DNA of 64,000 nt. Origin: Octopus vulgaris (taxonomy: Eukaryota). How positions within the stretch are numbered: the stretch's first letter is position 1; the number at the start of each line of letters is the position of its first letter. Both the position numbers and the translations under genes were made by a program. The stretch covers positions 91,016,001 to 91,080,000 of the forward strand of contig OX597816.1 of assembly GCA_951406725.2 (NCBI GenBank), given 5' to 3'. Below the pieces are notes generated by a model, which saw only the letters and a list, made by a program, of their open reading frames with translations, did not search any database and had not been told where the DNA came from. Below, piece by piece: positions 37,020 through 49,150 of this stretch.

Positions 37020-40000
37020 TGTCCAGTCTGTTAGTCGATTGCTGTTACGTTATTTAATACCGGTTTGTAAAAATATTACTGTTACTTTAAATTGTATATT
37101 TTGTCTGTTTGTACAAAATTGTTATTTGCCTTCATTTGAAGGTTACGTATTAAAATCCCCCCCCCCCCCGCGGGAGAATTATTGTGGAAAATTTACAAAA
37201 CGGCACAAAAGGCTTGCGAAGCCAGAATATTGCAAAAAGGCTTGTTAAAGCCAATTGAAAGGCTTGTTAAGCCATATTCGGAGATGGAAATCCCTATCTC
37301 TTATTCACCTGTGTCAGGTGAAGAAAGCTCACCGGCGGTGTCGCCGAGAGCAGGAGAAGCCCCAGCCAAGAAGTTTTCAGAAGTGGCGGGCAAGAAACTA
37401 AAGAAGATAAACACAGAAAAAAGCAACCTGGAAAAGTATACATGTCTTAAAAAGGAAGGGACAGAAGTGACAGTAACACCGAACGTCAGCAAGATAGAGG
37501 AAGTCGAAAAAAGAATAATAATCTACAAGACATACAACACAACAATGAAATCCATTCAAAGAGTGGAAGAAAAGAAAATTGAGAGTTGCCTAAAGGCAAT
37601 ATGGCAGGAAATTACTTACCTGAATCGTGGAAGAAAATTCGGAACGGTAGAGGTGAGGTTTAGGACAGAAGAGATAGCTAAAAAGCTATCAACTGAACCA
37701 TTAAAAGCAGATGATATAGTCCTCCTCTCCCTGTACAGAGGCAGAAGGCCCTCTAAAATCAAAATCAACAACATTCCCCCAGAGGCACACGCCACATGCC
37801 TGGTGACGAAAGTCATGTTAGGACTGGAGGACAAGATCAATATCCCCCAGGCTACAGTAGAGGAGGAGGGGCATTGGAAAGGCCAATGCATTTCAATGGC
37901 AATACAAGCGGAAATACAGACTTTGGAAGAAATACCAGAGACGTTGAAAATCAACGAGGAGGAGAGAGTAATAGTTTTTGTGGAAGGCAGAAAGCTGAGG
38001 TGCTTCGGCTGCGGTAAAAAGGGGCACGTGAAAGCAGAGTGCCAACCTAAATCACAGGAAGCAGCACCGCCAGAAAAGGAAAAGGAAAAACCAGAAGCAT
38101 CACCAGACAACTTAAAGAAAACACCAGAAAAAACCCAGAAAAATTAGAAACGACAGAAACAACAGAAACAACAAGCTGCGAGGAAAAGGAAAAAGAGGAG
38201 GGGTGGTCAAAAATCACCAAGAAAAAACGAAAAACAGAAACCTCCCCTCAGAAATTGAGCCAAAAAAAAGAAAAGAAAACACGAACACATTTATGGCCAT
38301 TAAGGCATCCAACAACAGATTAATTAACCGATTGGCAGCTATGTCAATGGTGAGGAAAGTTACAAAAACGAAAGACTTTATTATTTACAGAATAGGCCAG
38401 AAGGATTACGGACGGATAAAGTTCGAATTCTTTCATGACGTGGGCCCTCTGAGAATGGACTTATCACCATATATATATACGAGGGCCTGCGTCAGACTCC
38501 CCCACGAGTCCGGGAAAAAATCAAAAGTAAAGAAGAAGAACAACAAGTCGAACCACTGATATAAGGTAAGTCATGAATTGCATTTATGTTGGTTGTTTAA
38601 ATGTGCGCGGCCTGGGATCAAGCTGGACGCAGGGTCGTTTCCTTAATGATATCAGGTCGCGTAATTTGGATGTCATTGTTGCTACAGAAACCCGGTTAGA
38701 GGAGCCAAGAGGTCTGCTCCCGCTGTTTGACGGCTACGAGAGTTTTTTCTCTCCGGCCAGTCCTACCGGCGGGGATGGGGTGTTGGTCCTATTAAAAAGA
38801 AACCGGGTTTTTGAGAAAAGGTTAATTTTTTCAGATCCAGAAGGTAGGCTGGTCGTCATGGACTTGACGTTCAGTAACGGTAAAGTTATCAGACTGGTTG
38901 CAATTTACGCACCCAACCAAAAGGGGCAAAGTGATTATTTTCGAGAGCTGGAGAAGTTTCTTGGTACTTCACATTCATTAGTTGTGCTAGGAGACTTTAA
39001 CACAATTTGCAAGGCGGATGTGGATTGCGTTGGCTTGCGTCCAGATAGAAAAGGTAACATTGGCTTCCTGGAACTGCTAAGTCGCTTTGAGCTAGCAGAT
39101 CCTTATAACTTGGAATTTCCGAACGCTCCATTGTCGACATGGTCAAGCAGCGACGGATCTTCCAGGTCGAGGCTTTTTCAACTATTTTCAAACAAGATGA
39201 TGGTCGTGAACCCCCTCCATTTGATAGATCGGTACCTCCAATGCTTCGATTGATCATCACGCGGGACCAAGTCAAACGTGTTATTCAAGGCCTCGATGTC
39301 AACAAGGGTCACGGCCCTGACGGCATACACCCACGGGTTATCAAAGCGTTGGCTCCGGTCATCTGCGAGCCCTTAACACGACTATTCAATATGTCATTGG
39401 CGACGGGTGTTATACCTGCAGACTGGAGAAGAGCGATAATCTGCCTAATTTTCAAGAAAGGGAGCCGCGAAGACCCGCTTAACTACCGACCGGTTTCCCT
39501 TACATCAATAATCAGCAAGATGTTCGAAACCATCCTTAAGAAAAGTATGATGCTCCACCTCCTAAGCACAGCCTCGATCACTGATTCCCAACACGGCTTC
39601 GTGCCGAAGAGATCATGCTTGACCAACTTACTAGTAATGGAAGAATTGGTGACGCGCATCCTCGATGATAGTGATGCTGTTGACATCGTTTTATTGGACT
39701 TTGCCAAAGCTTTTGACTCGGTAAACCACCGCCTACTACTTGTCAAGCTTCAAGCATATAGTTTCCATCCGGATATTGTACGATGGGTTGGTGCCTTCCT
39801 CTCAGATCGCTCCTTCCAAGTTCAAGTTAATGGTTCGCGGTCCGACGTCTCCAGTGCGAGCAGTGGCGTGCCTCAAGGTTCAGTGCTTGGGCCCTTGTTG
39901 TTCTTAGTCTTCATAAATGACTTGCCCGACGACCTCACGCAACACACCCTTCTATTTGCCGACGATATCAAACTGGTCGCTCCTCGCGGTAGTATAGAGG

Positions 40001-42105
40001 ATCTTCGTCGATGCCTCCACCAAATTTGGGACCTAACGATTGGGACCTGTGTCTGAACGTGTCAAAGTGCTGTCATCTGCCTGTCGGCTCTACTCCTGCA
40101 ACTCAACTTGATTTCGAGCCGGGTCGTCTGCTGCTGGAGAGGACCGATCAAATAAAGGACCTGGGTATCTTGGTGGATTCCTCCTTTTCGCCTTCGGCCC
40201 AGTGCGTCCATGCTGCCAACAAAGCGCGCGGAATTCTGTTTTTGATTCGACGGTCATTCGGAGTGCTCACAGCAGCCATATTCCTGCCACTCTATGTCAC
40301 GCTGGTGAGACCCATATTGGAGTATGGGATTCAAGCCTCTTCTCCTTATCTCCTCAAAGACATACAGCACCTCGAAAGAGTCCAGAGGCTGGCTACCCGC
40401 CTGGTTCATGGTCTCAAAAATTTGTCCTACGAAGAAAGGCTGAGGACGCTCGACTTTTATTCTCTTGAAAAACGCCGCCGCCGTGGTGATCTCATTCTCG
40501 CCCACAACATCATAAGCGGGAAGTGTAACCTCTCGAAAGAGCTGTTCTTCACTCCTGCTCCGGAGCGTCGGCTGCGGGGTCATTCCGAAAAGCTCTACCT
40601 GCGACGATTTCATCTCAATCGAAGGAGAGGAGCTTTCTCCGTCCGGGTTGCGGATCCGTGGAACAAGCTGCCAGATGAGATGGTGAAGATGCCAACGACC
40701 GCTTTGTTCAAAGCCTCCCTGGACCTCAAGTGGCCTGAACTCTTTACATGAACACCACCCTGTACTTAACTTCATGTCCCCCTACATGGCCTTGCTATTT
40801 GCTTTTGAGCCAAATTAACTAACTAACTAACTAACTAACATACGTAGATAGAATACTAATTAGAAAAGTAGACAGAGAAATAGCTAAGTGTCCACAGTTT
40901 TACCCGGTTAGCTACAGTGATCATAAAATGGTCACCTGTAAGCTTGACATAGATAAGGTTAATAATAGAGGCTCCGGTTATTGGAAACTTAATACATCCC
41001 TTTTGGCGATTAAGGAGTACAGAGACCGGATTAGGACTATAATTCAGAGGGCGCTATCTGGTGCTATCATTAATAACAAATGGTGGTATGCCCTCAAGCG
41101 AGCCATCAAATTCGAGTCTATTAGATATAGCATAGGATTAGTGGCTAGAGAGGCTAGGAGGGAATCAACTCTAGTTAAGGAATTAGAGGAAGCCACGAAA
41201 ACTGGCTCTGCGGATAAGGTGACGGCCAAGAGACTGGCGTTAAACCAGCACCTCGAGGCCAAACACATGGGCTGCATTGTCAGGGCTAGGATCCGCGCAG
41301 TGGGTTGTGAGGGAATCAACGCCGCGAGATGTGCCCGAGTGGTGGAAGCTCAGCGTGGTAATGATGCCACAATTCGATCTTTGACGAACCAACAAGGTAA
41401 GTTGATAAACGAACCCGAGGAGATGTGTGAGGCTTTTCAGGAGCACTTCGCTCAGCTTTTCGGTGGAGGGCGGCGGACCGGATAGAAGGAGGGACCTTAC
41501 GGACCTCCTCGACGGACTGCCGCGCCTAACGGGGCGAGATGCGGAGGGCTGTGAAGGGCCAATCACGCCTGAGGAAGTGGCTGAGGCAATGGCGGACTGC
41601 GGCGCGGGAAAGGCGCCGGGTTTGGATGGTCTACCCTATGAGTTATATAAGAGTATACCAGACTTGTTCGGGCACCTACTGACGGAGGTCTATGCTAACT
41701 GGTAGCAGAACTGTTTCATTCCCAGATCTGTGCGCCGGGGAGTAGTGACGCTTGTCAGAAAGGACCCAAACAAAGGGGAGTGCATTGATAATTTCAGGCC
41801 CATCACTCTGCTAAACACAGAGTTGAAGATTTTGGCCAAAGTGTTATCGAAAAGATTGGCGCGTGTCGCGGATGGTCTGATCGGGGAGGCACAGACATGT
41901 GCCGTTCCCGGCAGATCCATTCAGGATAATCTCCATCTTATGCGGTACGCTATAGAGGGGTTTAATAGTGTCTCTGGCAAGGGTGGGGCACTGGTCCATT
42001 TAGACCAATCTAAAGCATTTGATAGGGTCGACCATCGCTACCTGGTGTCCGTTCTGGCACAGTTCGGACTGGGTCTTGGCTTCTTCATGTGGATTATTCA
42101 AATTT
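37020..42105 (+). mobile_element. Tx1/L1-like LINE (ORF1 + APE-RT ORF2), 3'-truncated, interrupted by a CR1 insertion
   Basis: ORF1 about 37284-38559 (CFGCGKKGHVKAEC, frameshifted). ORF2 from 38573: LNVRGL, TET, IYAPN, LGDFN, then SDH, GYWKLNTSLL, KAPGLDGLP, FRPITLLN, LDQSKAFDRVDH. Confidence 0.9.
39169..40839 (+). mobile_element. 5'-truncated CR1-type LINE nested in the Tx1 endonuclease
   Basis: ORFs 39139-40056 and 40011-40751: GPDGIHP, NYRPVSLTS, QHGF, LDFAKAFDSV, SGVPQGSVLGPLLF, LFADD, LERVQR, SLEKRRRRGDLI; ends in (TAAC)n. Confidence 0.93.
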
Positions 42106-42838
42106 ACGATAACAATCCTCATTACTAAATCAATGGGGAAGTCGAATTGTCACCGTGTTATGCTGCCTTACTGGAATTTACCTGGAGAGACCCGTTAAAA
42201 CTTTTCTGATACAGCTGCAGGTATGGAATAATACTCTCAATTGCCTCTTTGAATTTGCCTTTATATATCTTATATATTTCAGGTTTATATTTCTATATGC
42301 TTATCATCAGAGTCTTAATATAAATATGTGGATATTCGAATGGAATAATACCTCATGTCTTACATCTGAATTATGAATTTGCTTTTCTGAATACTTTAAG
42401 ACAAATATCTGAAATTTTTCTCGGATACCAAATTTATTAATCTTTAGCTAATATACGGGCGAAACAACAGTTGTACTAAATACTGAAGCTTTAATTCTAT
42501 TAAAATTCTCGTATTATATATATGTACATATACATTCATACATACAAGTTCCATTCTAGTAGTTTTCAAGAATATTACACCCTAATATCTCATCTTTTCA
42601 AACATTTTATGCCTAAGACATATATTTTCTATTCTGGTTTATATATACCTCTTTCTACTAATACTTTATATTTATATCTATATATATAAATATAAGTAGC
42701 TTCCTTACGAACCACATGGTTCCGGGTTCAGTCCCACTGCGTGGCACCTTGGGCAAGTGTCTTCTACTATAGCCTCGGGCCGACCAAAGCTTTGTGAGTG
42801 GATTTGGAAGACGGATACTGGAAGAAGCCGGTCGTATG

Positions 42839-42896
<58 letters not shown>

Positions 42897-43170
42897 TGTG
42901 TCAGTGTTTGTTCCCTCAATATCGCTTGATAACCGATGCTGGTGTGTTTAACACGCATATACATTCATGCACATACATATATGCAGAGGCATACATATAT
43001 ACATACACACACATACATACATGCATACATACATACATACATACATACATACATACATACATGCACATACATACATGCACATGCATGCATACACATGCAT
43101 ACACATACATACACATACATACACCAATACACATACACGCACACCAACACATATACATACATACATACAT

Positions 43171-45136
43171 AATGTTCGTCCTTCGGTTCGAAGATGACCA
43201 ACTGACATCATCTGATGGAACTGCCGCCATGAGACCGGAGGTGGCTGGTGAGGCCAATCCGGGCAAGGAAGCCCCTCCCACAGGTGGGGCAGAAGTGGGT
43301 AGGGGCCGTGCTACTGATGCAGGCGGCTCTGGCTTTACGCATCTGACGTTTCTGCTCCGCTGACCGAATCCGTCCCTCCTCGGCTGTCCCTGCTCCCACG
43401 GTGATTGCGCTGCGCCAGGATGAGCGGTTGGCAGCAAGTGTCTCCCAGGTCTCTGTTCCGATGGAGAAGTCTTTGAGAGAGACCTTGAGACTATCCTTGT
43501 AGCGCTTCTTCTGCCCTCCGACTTTGCGCCTGCCCTGGCCGAGTTCACCGTAGAAGAGCTGTTTTGGGATGCGAGTGTCGGACATGCGGGAGACGTGGCC
43601 CGCCCATCTCAGCTGGGCCTTGCGCATGATTGTGATGGTGCTAGGGAGATCTGCCTGCTTCAGAACTTCCGTGTCTGGGACTTTGTCCTGCCAGCGGATG
43701 TGAAGGAGGTTCCGAAGACACCTGAGATGGAAGTGGTTTATCTGGCGCTCGTGCCTTCGGTAAGCAGTCCACAGCCGTATAGTAGGGTGGTAAGCACGAC
43801 TGCCCGGTAGACTTTCAGCTTGGTGTTGAGGCTGATTCCTCTCCGCTCCCAGACTTTCTTTCGCAGTCTCCCAAACGCGCTGCTTGCCTTGGAGATTCTG
43901 TTGGTGGTTTCAGCATCTATGTTGGCATTGCAGGAGAGAGTGCTGCCCAGGTAGGTGAAGTTTTCCACCACTCGTAGGATCCGTCCGTTCACCCTTATCT
44001 GAGGCTCATGGTATTGTTTGCCGGGGGCTGGCTGAAACATCACTTCGGTTTTCTTGGCACTGATGGTGAGACCGAAGTTGTCACAGGCTGATGAGAACCT
44101 GTCCATCTCGAGCTGCATCTCCTGCTCATCGATTGCATTAAGGTCGCAGTCGTCAGCAAAGAGAAAGTCTCTGACGACTGTCTCCCTCACCTTTGTGACA
44201 GCCTGCAATCTTCTGGAGTTGAAAAGTTTCCCGTCTGTCCTGTATTTGATGTCGATACCGGACTTGCAGTCCCTAAAGGCGTCGGACAGCATTGCCGAGA
44301 ACATGATGCTGAACAGTGTTGGGGCCAGGACACAGCCCTGCCTGACTCCGTTGGTCACCTGGAAGGCTTCAGATGAGTTGCCGTCTTCAAGGACTCTGGC
44401 TGTCATTCCGTCGTGGAACTGGCGGACAATTGCAATAAATTTGCTGGGGCAACCAAATTTTCCCATGACCTTCCATAGTCCCTCCCGACTGACTGTATCA
44501 AAGGCCTTGGTGAGGTCAACAAAGGTCATGCAGAGGTCAAGGTGCTGCTCCATGCATTTCTCCTGGAGCTGGCGGGCGGCGAATATCATGTCAGTGGTCC
44601 CTCGACCCGTGCGGAAGCCACACTGGCTCTCAGGAAGAAGGCCTTGCTCCAAGTGTTCCAGAAGGCGGTCAAGCAGGACCCGGGCCAGGATCTTGCCTGC
44701 TATGGACAAGAGGGAGATACCTCGGTGGTTGTCGCAGGACTGCCGATCTCCTTTCCGCTTATAAATGTGGACGATTGTTGCGTCCCGGAAATCTTGAGGG
44801 AGTTGTTCCCTGTCCCACATCGACTGGAACATGCTGGTGAGCTGACTGATCATGGTGGGGCCGCCCGACTTGAACACCTCTGCAGGGATGGCGTCAGAGC
44901 CTGGAGCTTTGCCGGTGGACATTTTTTTGATGGCTCTGCTCACTTCCTCGACTGCAGGGGGAACAGCCAACTCGTGGTTTGTCGGCACCTGGGGGAGTCG
45001 TGCGATGGCTTCCTCGTTGATCTGGGCTGGTCGGTTGAGCACGATGTTGAAATGCTCCGCCCATCTCTCCAGAATCAGCCTCTTGTTAGTCAGGAGTGAG
45101 GTTCCATCCGAGCTGAGCAGGGGGGTTGATCCTGCT
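43171..45136 (-). mobile_element. 5'-truncated RTE (BovB-like) LINE, relatively young
   Basis: ORF 43738-45042 (LPESQCGFR, FVDLTKAFDTV, GVRQGCVLAP, LFADD) and ORF 43208-43627 (QLRWAGHV, CPTC...HLRSH); 3' end GGTCATCTTCGAACCGAAGGACGAACAT-(TATG)n. Confidence 0.95.
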
Positions 45137-45142
45137 CATACA

Positions 45143-45176
<34 letters not shown>

Positions 45177-45461
45177 CATACATGTTTTTATGCTACTTGT
45201 CTTGTTTTTACATCTGTTCCTTTCATTGTTCGCAAAACAATTTCGTTTTCGATGTAATCCTATTTCATGTTTTCATTGCCTAAAACACTATAGCGTATGT
45301 GTGTTTGTGCAAGCGAAGCCAAGCCAAGCCGATCACTGTGGTGTCGTAGCCTTGGACAGTGAGCCCTATGGCGCCCAGAGCTTTACCCATGACACTCCAT
45401 GTACCCTCGTTGCCGTGTCATAGTGCTAGTGCATGTATATATGTGTACATATTACATGTAC

Positions 45462-45581
<120 letters not shown>

Positions 45582-45669
45582 CTACACATAAAATACAAAG
45601 TTATATCTTGATATCGCTAGTGATAACAATACACAAAATATATAACAGACTGGAATTGTAGGCAATTTC

Positions 45670-46500
45670 GATCAATTGTATCTTGTCCTCCCTTTTGTAT
45701 AGAAGTGTTGCTACAATCCAGCCTACCTTCTACCTCTGGGGGGACATTTTAAATTTTTATCCGGGACGTCCTACGTCCCAGATATAAAGGCAAAAATATA
45801 ATATTTCCACTTTGTAAGGTGGAGTCAAGTACTCCCTTGCACGCTCTGTTGACTCGAACCTTGCTTCTATTGTGGCGAATTACCGCCTCTGGTTAGATAT
45901 CTTTCATAGTCGCACCATGACACTTTTCGATAGTGCTTTCCTCCAGGTGTTCAAATCTTTTTTTTTTCTCTACATTGTATACTTTATAGACAATAGTCTT
46001 TTCTTTAATTTAATTTTTTATTTCGTTTGGTGGTGTTATCCTAGATTCACCGTCTTTGTCGTTGATCAATCCGAAATAGGTTTGTATTTCTTCCATTTTA
46101 ATTTTAATGAGTTCGCGCCTGCCGACGGCTGCAGCGAAATTCATTTTTGGACTTTCTTCTATCGAAGGCTTTCTGACAAAAATGCTTCCGTATAGACGGT
46201 GAAAATATTGTCAATTTCCCCAAACAGGGACACAATTCAATTTTTAAACAATAACTAAAGCTCCTTCTCCCAAAGGGTGACGGTTACAGTTTACAATTAT
46301 TTAACAAATGCAACACAACAACGTTTCCCTTACGAGGAACCAACATACGTGATAACAATAGTTAAACAGTAATAATAATAACAACAAACATTACGGTGAA
46401 TCAAAAAGCAGTTGAAGCTATAGCCCTTTATGTATAAGAAATAAACCAACAGCAGTACTCAGTAGAAGCGGCTGTTCGAGAAAACAGATATTACATACAG
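45670..46500 (-). mobile_element. Decayed 5' part (UTR + ORF1 N-half) of a third Tx1-type element
   Basis: Minus strand reads MNFAAAVGRRELIKIK...EKTIVYK...STIEKC...FATIEARF...FLPLYLGRRTSRIKI.NVPPEVE, colinear with both ORF1s at 35149 and 37182; contains stops and frameshifts. Confidence 0.75.
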
Positions 46501-46779
46501 CCAAACTTCATATAGATGCTTAATGCTGGCTAATTAGCAGATAATCTAATGTAAAAGCCGTGGTAAACGATATGTGCACAGCTCCATCTGGACTATTCCA
46601 TTTCTGCACACTAATTTTATTTTTAATTTATTCCCATTCATGTGAAAGCACTTATTCAAGTTCAAGTCATTGATGCAATTTTATACCAATTGCTATTTTT
46701 ACTTCTATGTTACGATTATATTATACATTAGTTTGATTTTAATTATTACTTACTACATATAATTCAATTGTTATTATTA

Positions 46780-47038
46780 TTTTATTGTTAAAGTGAAAGT
46801 ATCTGACATAAAATAGAGAAATGTTTTTGTTTCACTTTTAACACGTAATTCTGAAATAGTGGAGAAGATATGATATTGCTATGGGCTCGCCCTAGGCAAG
46901 AAGTTGAACATTTTTTTGCCCATGAAACTACATGGACCCTAAGTAAGGCATGTGTAAAATTTGAATGAAATTGGTTGTGTAGTTTTCAAGTTTTAGGAAA
47001 CATACATACAGACAGACAGACAGACAGACACATTCTCA

Positions 47039-47050
<12 letters not shown>
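46780..47050 (+). mobile_element. Possible Helitron/Helentron-type non-autonomous 3' end
   Basis: TGTGTAAAATTTGAATGAAATTGG...(CAGA)n...TTTTATATA layout resembles DINE-1/Lep1-type ends; resemblance only. Confidence 0.4.
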
Positions 47051-47099
<49 letters not shown>

Positions 47100-47368
47100 A
47101 TGTATGGGCTGCCGAATAGTTTCTGCCAGTCATATTCACTCACTAGGCGTTGGTCTGGTCGAACTGAAATTATAGTAGAATACACTTGACCAAGGTATCA
47201 TGCAGAGGGACTGAACCGGCAACTTCGTGGGTTGTGAAGGGAAATACTTATTCATAGAGCACGCCTGCACCATATGTATTTGCTTGTGTGAGTAAATGTA
47301 TGTATTAATAAATATATGTATGTGTGTGTGTATGTATAAATATATAAATATTTGCGTGAGTGTGTATA

Positions 47369-47410
<42 letters not shown>

Positions 47411-47571
47411 TGTATGCCTGTGTTGTATGTGAAAATGCAAGACATCCTCTCTTCAGGGCAAAGTCTCACATTATCAGTTGCTTCAACGCCATGGGAACCG
47501 AGATCAGTCCGGCCTATTGAACTTGAAGATCAAGACAGGCTTTAACCTCAGCACACACACACGCATTATAC

Positions 47572-48120
47572 ATGTATCTGGTGGACGCGTCTGAAAGGAT
47601 TAGAGACAAACACTTTCCTCTCTGGCCAATCTCATCAACTTCTTCATGTATCACTTGAAAAGGAAAGTGAGAGTAGAGAGGCAAGTTTTGTCTAGCGAAT
47701 GTTTAAAAAAAAAGATGGGTGAATGTAGCAAGGATGGCAGGTATGAATGACGAAGCCACCTTGAGCATAATCCTATAAACCCGGAAAAATTTAAAACTGA
47801 GAATTACTTACTTGCAAATAAATGTGTTAACATGTGATATTAATGACCGAGGTTACCGTGGTCTTTTCCATAGGCTTTTTTTTCCATGGATAAACCTTAT
47901 CTGCTTCCCTCTTTTCACTTTACATCATGACATTTCTGTGATATACGATCCCTATTGATCGTTTTTTCTTTTCTTTTTTCTTTCTTTTTCTTTTTTTCCC
48001 TTTCTAAGATCCCTTTTGATCGAAAACCTACCTCAGTTTTTTTTCTCCCCAAAAAGAAGAGCTCTACTTTGTAATTTGTCCCGTCTGTGCCCAGTCCTGT
48101 GTGGCTGATAAAGAAACATA
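47572..48120 (+). mobile_element. 3' end of a Tx1/L1-like LINE (ORF2 C-terminus + 3' UTR)
   Basis: Degenerate frame WWTRLKGLETNTFLSGQ...HLKRKVRVERQVLS...RWVNVARM, then a T-rich UTR and GTCCCGTCTGTGCCCAGTCCTGTGTGGCTGATAAAG tail. Confidence 0.65.
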
Positions 48121-48134
48121 TATTAAAATGAAAA

Positions 48135-49150
48135 ATGTTAATATTCTTAAGTTATTACACCTGGAAAAGTACAGAGCAAGATTTCTACAGTAGAATTTGC
48201 TTAATTCGACACGTCTAAATTCTACTGTACTTAAAATATTGCATCCGAGAGTAACATTTTAAAAATTTACTATACTTTAAAACAAAAATTATAAAAAACA
48301 TTACTGGGTTTTTCCAAAAATAATCCCGCCCGATTTTAAGCCCATGTGCTTATGCTCAGAAACTCTTTTCACGTATAGCCCCAATAATTTTCTTTATTTT
48401 CAGGATCATTCAAGTCTGTATTTAAGCCCATGGGCTTATTTTTGCAAGGAGCAAAACTGAAATAAAATGGAATTAATCTTTAAAAATTACAGTAGAATTC
48501 GCCTAATTAGTCACCTCTAGGAGAAAATTGAAAGTGACAAATTAGGTGAAGTAATAAATTAGCCAAGAACGAATTAGTCTAATTCTACTGTATTAATACT
48601 AACTAATAAATTTAATTATGATTTATTTGTCAGATTAAATTTTTTTTTGTATGGAAAAATTGACTGCACACATGGTTCATTTGAAACCCTTTAATGACCA
48701 TTCTACTACAATCAATATTTGTTTTCTTTTGTAATGGGATTTCAATTCAAGTGAAAAAAAATCTAGTGCAATATTATTTACAACTTCATATTTTATTGTT
48801 TGTACTTGATACAACTAAATAAAATGACTATTTTTAATTGTATATTTCAAAAGACATGGCTAAAAAAATTTTTTGCTTAAATTTATTTTTGATTATTTTT
48901 GTACCGTGTTTTTAAAGATTTACTTGTGTTTTAGATTCTCATAATAAATAAAATAAATAATCTCAAATTTACCAAATGTAATGTATTTTAATTTTTAAAA
49001 TGTTATTCTCGGCTACGATATTTTAAGTACTGTAAAAATTTCATATTAAGAACTTCTTAGTTTCTTTTAGAGGTGACGAATTAAGCAAATTATAGTGCAG
49101 AAATCTTGTTCTGTACTTTTCCAGGTGTAATAATGTAAGAATATTAACAT
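48135..49150. repeat. Foldback element with long imperfect inverted arms
   Basis: Arms 48135-48267 and 48990-49150 (ATGTTAATATTCTTA...TTATTACACCTGGAAAAGTACAGA and its reverse complement). Confidence 0.75.
48490..48590. mobile_element. Small pogo/Tigger-type MITE
   Basis: TA-CAGTAGAATT...AATTCTACTG-TA; 101 bp. Confidence 0.7.

Noticed and set aside
38573-40751. A single EN-RT LINE ORF2
   Set aside because: The endonuclease belongs to the Tx1 element and the RT to an inserted CR1; the junctions are resolvable.
42794-43548. ORFs rich in YI/HT/CV/MYVC repeats here and throughout the window
   Set aside because: They are translations of (TA)n, (CA)n and (TATG)n microsatellites.
44054-45099. Plus-strand ORFs of 236 and 185 aa
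   Set aside because: Antisense shadows of the RTE reverse transcriptase frame.
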